This document shows, one piece after another, positions 63,868-64,000 of a stretch of 64,000 nucleotides of DNA; the stretch's first letter is position 1; every line of letters starts with the position of its first letter. Both the position numbers and the translations under genes were made by a program. Source of the DNA: Dipteris shenzhenensis (taxonomy: Eukaryota); assembly GCA_047967505.1 (NCBI GenBank), contig CM106538.1; one strand, written 5' to 3'. The notes below the pieces were generated by a model. The model was not told the origin of the DNA and did no database searches. It worked only from the letters and a program-made list of their open reading frames with translations.

Positions 63868-64000
63868 TGTGCTAGAAAACAACTGGCAGCCAAGTGATTG
63901 GAATTTCGAACAACACAAAGCTCTGCCTTAGGCAAGGTTCAACTTTCAAAAACCAAAAATAATTTCTAGCAATTTCTAGATTGTTTTTTTTGCAAATTCT

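Noticed and set aside
63868-63918. ORF-track start at 63918
   Set aside because: It is a TTG; the first ATG is at 63867.

Overview
Eukaryotic, repeat-rich land-plant DNA; a fern or other seed-free plant is likely, but that is inference. There is one intact host gene, on the minus strand: a 4-exon, 436-aa cyanobacterial-type family-2 glycosyltransferase with a transit-peptide-like N-terminus (33785-63867). Its GC-AG intron 1 (11.1 kb) and intron 2 (17.6 kb) are filled with nested retroelements. The rest is transposon debris: L1-like and RTE-like LINEs, a Tat-like Ty3/gypsy with an extra RNase H, a chromovirus with an in-frame PR-RT deletion, three gag-only copia-type elements, solo LTRs and a hAT-like MITE. 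The least expected signal is a degenerate, intron-containing beta-class (N4-cytosine/N6-adenine) DNA methyltransferase gene at about 6.7-8.1 kb, largely missed by the ORF track. It lies divergent from a spliced remnant with a ParB/Srx-like motif at the left edge. All family calls come from reading motifs by eye; no searches were run.
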